In this document: positions 37,736-40,742 of the stretch, piece by piece | Numbering within the stretch: position 1 is the stretch's first letter | Layout: each line of letters opens with the position of its first letter | Program-made: the position numbers and the translations under genes | The notes under the pieces: generated by a model | What the model was told of the DNA's origin: nothing | Databases searched by the model: none | Seen by the model: the letters and a program-made list of their open reading frames with translations, nothing else | From: Polyangia bacterium | GTDB lineage: Bacteria > Myxococcota_A > Polyangia > Palsa-1104 > SHYY01 | Length of the DNA: 40,742 nt | Direction: 5' to 3' | Assembly: GCA_036263495.1 (NCBI GenBank) | Contig: DATAGU010000185.1 | Location: forward strand, 1-40,742

Positions 37736-40700
37736 ATGTCGTCGGTAGAGCTTCCACAACTCAGTGAACCGCCAGACGTGCTGCAGGAGCAGATGCGCCG
37801 TCTGCGACGCCTCACTGAAGGCCTGATCAACGCGCTGCGGGTGGAGGAGGTGGTCCAGGTGATCCTCGACCACGGCTTCGACTCCATCCCCGAGCTGTCT
37901 GTCGGCGCCATCAACCTCCTCACCGAGGACGGCGTGGCGTTGCGCATCGCCGGCATGCGGGGCGCCCCCACAGGGCTCGTGATGTCGCGCGAGCGGCTCC
38001 TCCTCTCCTTCGACACGCCGGGGACACGCTCCGCCCGCACCGGCGAGGCCGTGTGGCTGCCCACCCGCGAGGCGTACCTCGCGGCCTACCCACACCTCGG
38101 CGGCAGCAGGCTGCCCGCCGACATGGTGCAGGCCGTGGCGGCGATCCCGCTGCAGGTCGAGCGCCGCGTGCTCGGCACCCTCGCCTTGACCTTCCACCGG
38201 CCGCAGAGCTTCGCGCTCGAAGAGCGGGAGTTCTTCATGACCCTCGGCCGGCTGTGCGCCCAGGCGCTCGATCGCGCCCGGCTCTACGAAGAGGAGCGAT
38301 CGGCGCGGCACCAGCTGGCCGCCGCGGCCACGCGCCTGGCGCGGCTGCAGCGGCTCACCGCGTCGCTCTCCGAGGCGCTGACGCCGCTCGACATCGCCCG
38401 CGTCGTGGTCGAGGAGGCGAGCGCGCTCCTCGGTGCCGGGCAGGCGCTCCTCGTCGTAGCGAGCGAGGACGGACACAACCTCGTCCTCCTCGGGCACCAC
38501 GGCCTCACCCCCGAGGCCGCCGAGCGCTGGGCGCAGTTCCCCACCACCGCCGCGTTGCCGCTCGCGACCGCCTACAAGATCTGCGTACCGCTGTGGCTCG
38601 AATCGCCCGAGGACATCATCGAACATTACCCGCGGGCCTCCGGCGCCGGCCTCGAGACGCAGGCCCTCGCCTGCGTGCCGCTCCTGGTCCAGGGCAACCC
38701 CTTCGGCGCCATCGGCTTTGGCTTCAAGGCGCCGCGTCGCTTCGGGGAGGAAGACCGAGCGCTCCTCGGGGATCTCGCCCGGCAGACGGCGCAGGCGCTC
38801 GAGCGCGCCCGCCTCTACGACGCCGAGCAGCGCGCCCACTCGCGGCTCCAGGTGCTGGCCGACGCCGCGGCGGCGTTCAGCGAGCACGGGTTCGATCTCA
38901 CCGCCGTGGTCGAGACCGCCACGCGCATGGTGTCCGAGGAGCTCGGCGACGCGTGCATCTTGCGCCTCGTCTCGCGCGACGGCCGGTGGCTCGAACCGGT
39001 GGCGGCGTATTACCCGACGCCCGAGGGCCGCGCGGTGCTGCACGGCCTCTTGCCCTCCGCGCGCCAGCGCACCGACCAGGGGCTGCTCCAGACCGTGATG
39101 GAGCGCGGCGAGACCCTCTACCTCCCATCCGTCCCGCGCGACGCCCTGCGGGGCCAGCTCTCGCCGGCCTACGAGGTCTGGCTCGATCGGTTCCCCTTCT
39201 ACAGCGTCCTCGTGGTGCCGCTCGTCTTCAAGGGCCGTGTGCTCGGCACGCTCGGCGTGGTGCGCCACAGCGGCGATCGCCCGCTGTCGCGCGAGGACCG
39301 GCTGCTCGCCGAAGGGATCGCGGCGCGCGCCGCGCTGGCCATCGAGAACGCGCGCCTCTACGAGGCCCACGCCGAGGCGCGGCGCCAGGCCGAGCGCGCC
39401 GCCGAGCGCACCGCACGGCTCCAGGCCGTGACCGCGGCCCTCTCGGAGGCCGTGACCCCGGACGACGTGGCGCGGGTGATGCTCTACCAGGCCGTCAGCA
39501 AGGTGGGCGGGATGGCCGGCGTCGTGTTCCTGGTCGGCGAGGGCGGGGCCGAGCTCGAGCTCCTGGCCGCGAGCGGCTACTCGGACGCGGTGATGGCCGA
39601 ATACCGGCGCCTGCCGCTCGTGCAGCCGAGCCCGGTGTGCGACGCCGTGATCTGGGGCCGCGCGCTCTACTTCGAGGACGCGGCGACCCTCACCAGATCC
39701 TACCCCGACGCACGCCCCCCGAGTCTCGACCTCGGGGGCCAGGCGCTCGCGGTCATCCCGCTCGTCAGCCCCGGCGGGATCCTCGGCAGCCTCGCCCTGC
39801 GCTTCGCCGAGGAGCGGCACTTCGACGCGGAGGAGCGCGCCTTCCTGCAGAGCATGGCCGATCAGTGCGCGCAGGCGCTCGAGCGGGCCCGCCTCTACCA
39901 GCGGGAGCAGAAGACGCGCGCCGAGGCCGAGGCGGCGCGGCGGCGGCTCGAGGTGCTCGACCAGGTGTCGCGTCTCCTCGCCGAGTCGCAGCTCGACCTG
40001 CAGGCCACCTGCAACGCCATCGCGCGCTCGGTCGGCGAGTCGCTCGGCGATCTGTGCCTCGTGCTCCTCCTCTCGACCGATGGCCAGCGCCTCGAGCCGG
40101 TGGGCCGCTATCACCGCGATCCGATGGTGTGCGCGCGGGTCGTGGACGCGGTCTGCAAGACACCGAGCCGCGCTCGCGGCGGCCTGGCCCAGCGGGTCCT
40201 CGGCACCGGCGAGCCCCTGCTCCTCCCGGTGGTCGCGCCCGAGGAGCTACGCATCCTGGTCCACCCCGACGCGGCCCCCGCTGCCGAGCACGTCAGCGTC
40301 CACAGCCTGCTCTTCGTCCCGATCTGGTCGCGGCAGGCCGTCCTCGGCGTGCTCGGCATCACGCGCGATCGGCCGGACCGGCCCTACACGCTCGACGATC
40401 AGCGGCTGCTCCAGCAGGTCGCGGACCGCGCCGCCCTGGCCATCGAGAACGCCCGCCTGTACTCGGCCCTGCGCGACAACGAGGCGCGCCTCGCGGCGAT
40501 CCTCGGCTCGGCCATGGACGCCATCGTCACCATCGACGAGCGCCAGCGGGTCGTGCTGTTCAACACTGTCGCCGAGTACATCTTCGGCATCTCTCACGGT
40601 GAAGCGCTCGGGCAACCGATCGAGCGCTTCATCCCGGGCGGCTTCCCCACGCGCCCCGGCGCGGACGACGAAGGCGAGGGCGGCCCGGGCCCGGGCCCAG

Positions 40701-40742
40701 GCCGAGGGCACGACAGCCAGGGCGTCCTCGTCGCCCGGCGCG
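37736..40742 (+). CDS. multi-GAF (about five tandem GAF domains) plus PAS sensor protein, 3' partial (continues beyond the window)
   Basis: This frame is absent from the ORF track because it has no stop inside the window. I translated it by hand from ATG 37736: MSSVELPQLSEPPDVLQEQMRRLRRLTEGLINALRVEEVVQVILDHGF... Repeated GAF modules each end in a conserved linker helix: LDRARLYEEE, LERARLYDAEQ, IENARLYEAH, LERARLYQREQ, IENARLYSAL. A PAS-like segment (AILGSAMDAIVTIDERQRVVLFNTVAEYIFG) follows. Confidence 0.8.
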   Translation, partial: MSSVELPQLSEPPDVLQEQMRRLRRLTEGLINALRVEEVVQVILDHGFDSIPELSVGAINLLTEDGVALRIAGMRGAPTGLVMSRERLLLSFDTPGTRSARTGEAVWLPTREAYLAAYPHLGGSRLPADMVQAVAAIPLQVERRVLGTLALTFHRPQSFALEEREFFMTLGRLCAQALDRARLYEEERSARHQLAAAATRLARLQRLTASLSEALTPLDIARVVVEEASALLGAGQALLVVASEDGHNLVLLGHHGLTPEAAERWAQFPTTAALPLATAYKICVPLWLESPEDIIEHYPRASGAGLETQALACVPLLVQGNPFGAIGFGFKAPRRFGEEDRALLGDLARQTAQALERARLYDAEQRAHSRLQVLADAAAAFSEHGFDLTAVVETATRMVSEELGDACILRLVSRDGRWLEPVAAYYPTPEGRAVLHGLLPSARQRTDQGLLQTVMERGETLYLPSVPRDALRGQLSPAYEVWLDRFPFYSVLVVPLVFKGRVLGTLGVVRHSGDRPLSREDRLLAEGIAARAALAIENARLYEAHAEARRQAERAAERTARLQAVTAALSEAVTPDDVARVMLYQAVSKVGGMAGVVFLVGEGGAELELLAASGYSDAVMAEYRRLPLVQPSPVCDAVIWGRALYFEDAATLTRSYPDARPPSLDLGGQALAVIPLVSPGGILGSLALRFAEERHFDAEERAFLQSMADQCAQALERARLYQREQKTRAEAEAARRRLEVLDQVSRLLAESQLDLQATCNAIARSVGESLGDLCLVLLLSTDGQRLEPVGRYHRDPMVCARVVDAVCKTPSRARGGLAQRVLGTGEPLLLPVVAPEELRILVHPDAAPAAEHVSVHSLLFVPIWSRQAVLGVLGITRDRPDRPYTLDDQRLLQQVADRAALAIENARLYSALRDNEARLAAILGSAMDAIVTIDERQRVVLFNTVAEYIFGISHGEALGQPIERFIPGGFPTRPGADDEGEGGPGPGPGRGHDSQGVLVARR

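Noticed and set aside
37595-40114. 839-aa minus-strand ORF and the overlapping 849-aa plus-strand ORF 38053..40602
   Set aside because: Both are Arg/Gly/Ala/Pro/Glu-dominated shadow frames typical of 70%-GC DNA. The hand-translated third plus frame starting at 37736 gives clean GAF/PAS domain sequence with a conserved ARLY periodicity, so that frame is the gene.

Overview
This is a high-GC (~70%) chromosomal segment with near-saturated GC3 codon usage, most consistent with a myxobacterium (Myxococcota). Indications for that are hisZ–purA linkage, a GltJ/AgmX-like zinc-ribbon/GYF motility protein, a giant Ser/Thr-kinase multidomain signalling protein and a sterol-reductase homologue. I resolve about 27 protein-coding genes and no rRNA, tRNA or CRISPR. 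A core-metabolism block (PLP decarboxylase, gdhA, serC, serA, hisZ, purA) is interleaved with accessory-like content, listed here from start to end. An ERG4/ERG24/DHCR7-family sterol reductase sits opposite a divergent XRE regulator. A eukaryote-type Major Vault Protein (MVP) homologue (~966 aa) is divergently paired with a 1795-aa STK–AAA/STAND–TPR–GAF–GAF–GGDEF protein and converges on a standalone 72-aa biotinyl-domain protein. After that come an SDR, a hemerythrin, a 13–14-copy 22-bp tandem array, and a small ORF with an in-frame TGA followed by a SECIS-like hairpin. The window ends with a heavy-metal-type RND efflux operon (MFP-RND-OMF), a collagen-like lipoprotein and a partial penta-GAF/PAS sensor that runs off the window. 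The most interesting element is the bacterial MVP locus, a candidate prokaryotic vault-like system. Derived coordinates may be off by ±1–2 nt.
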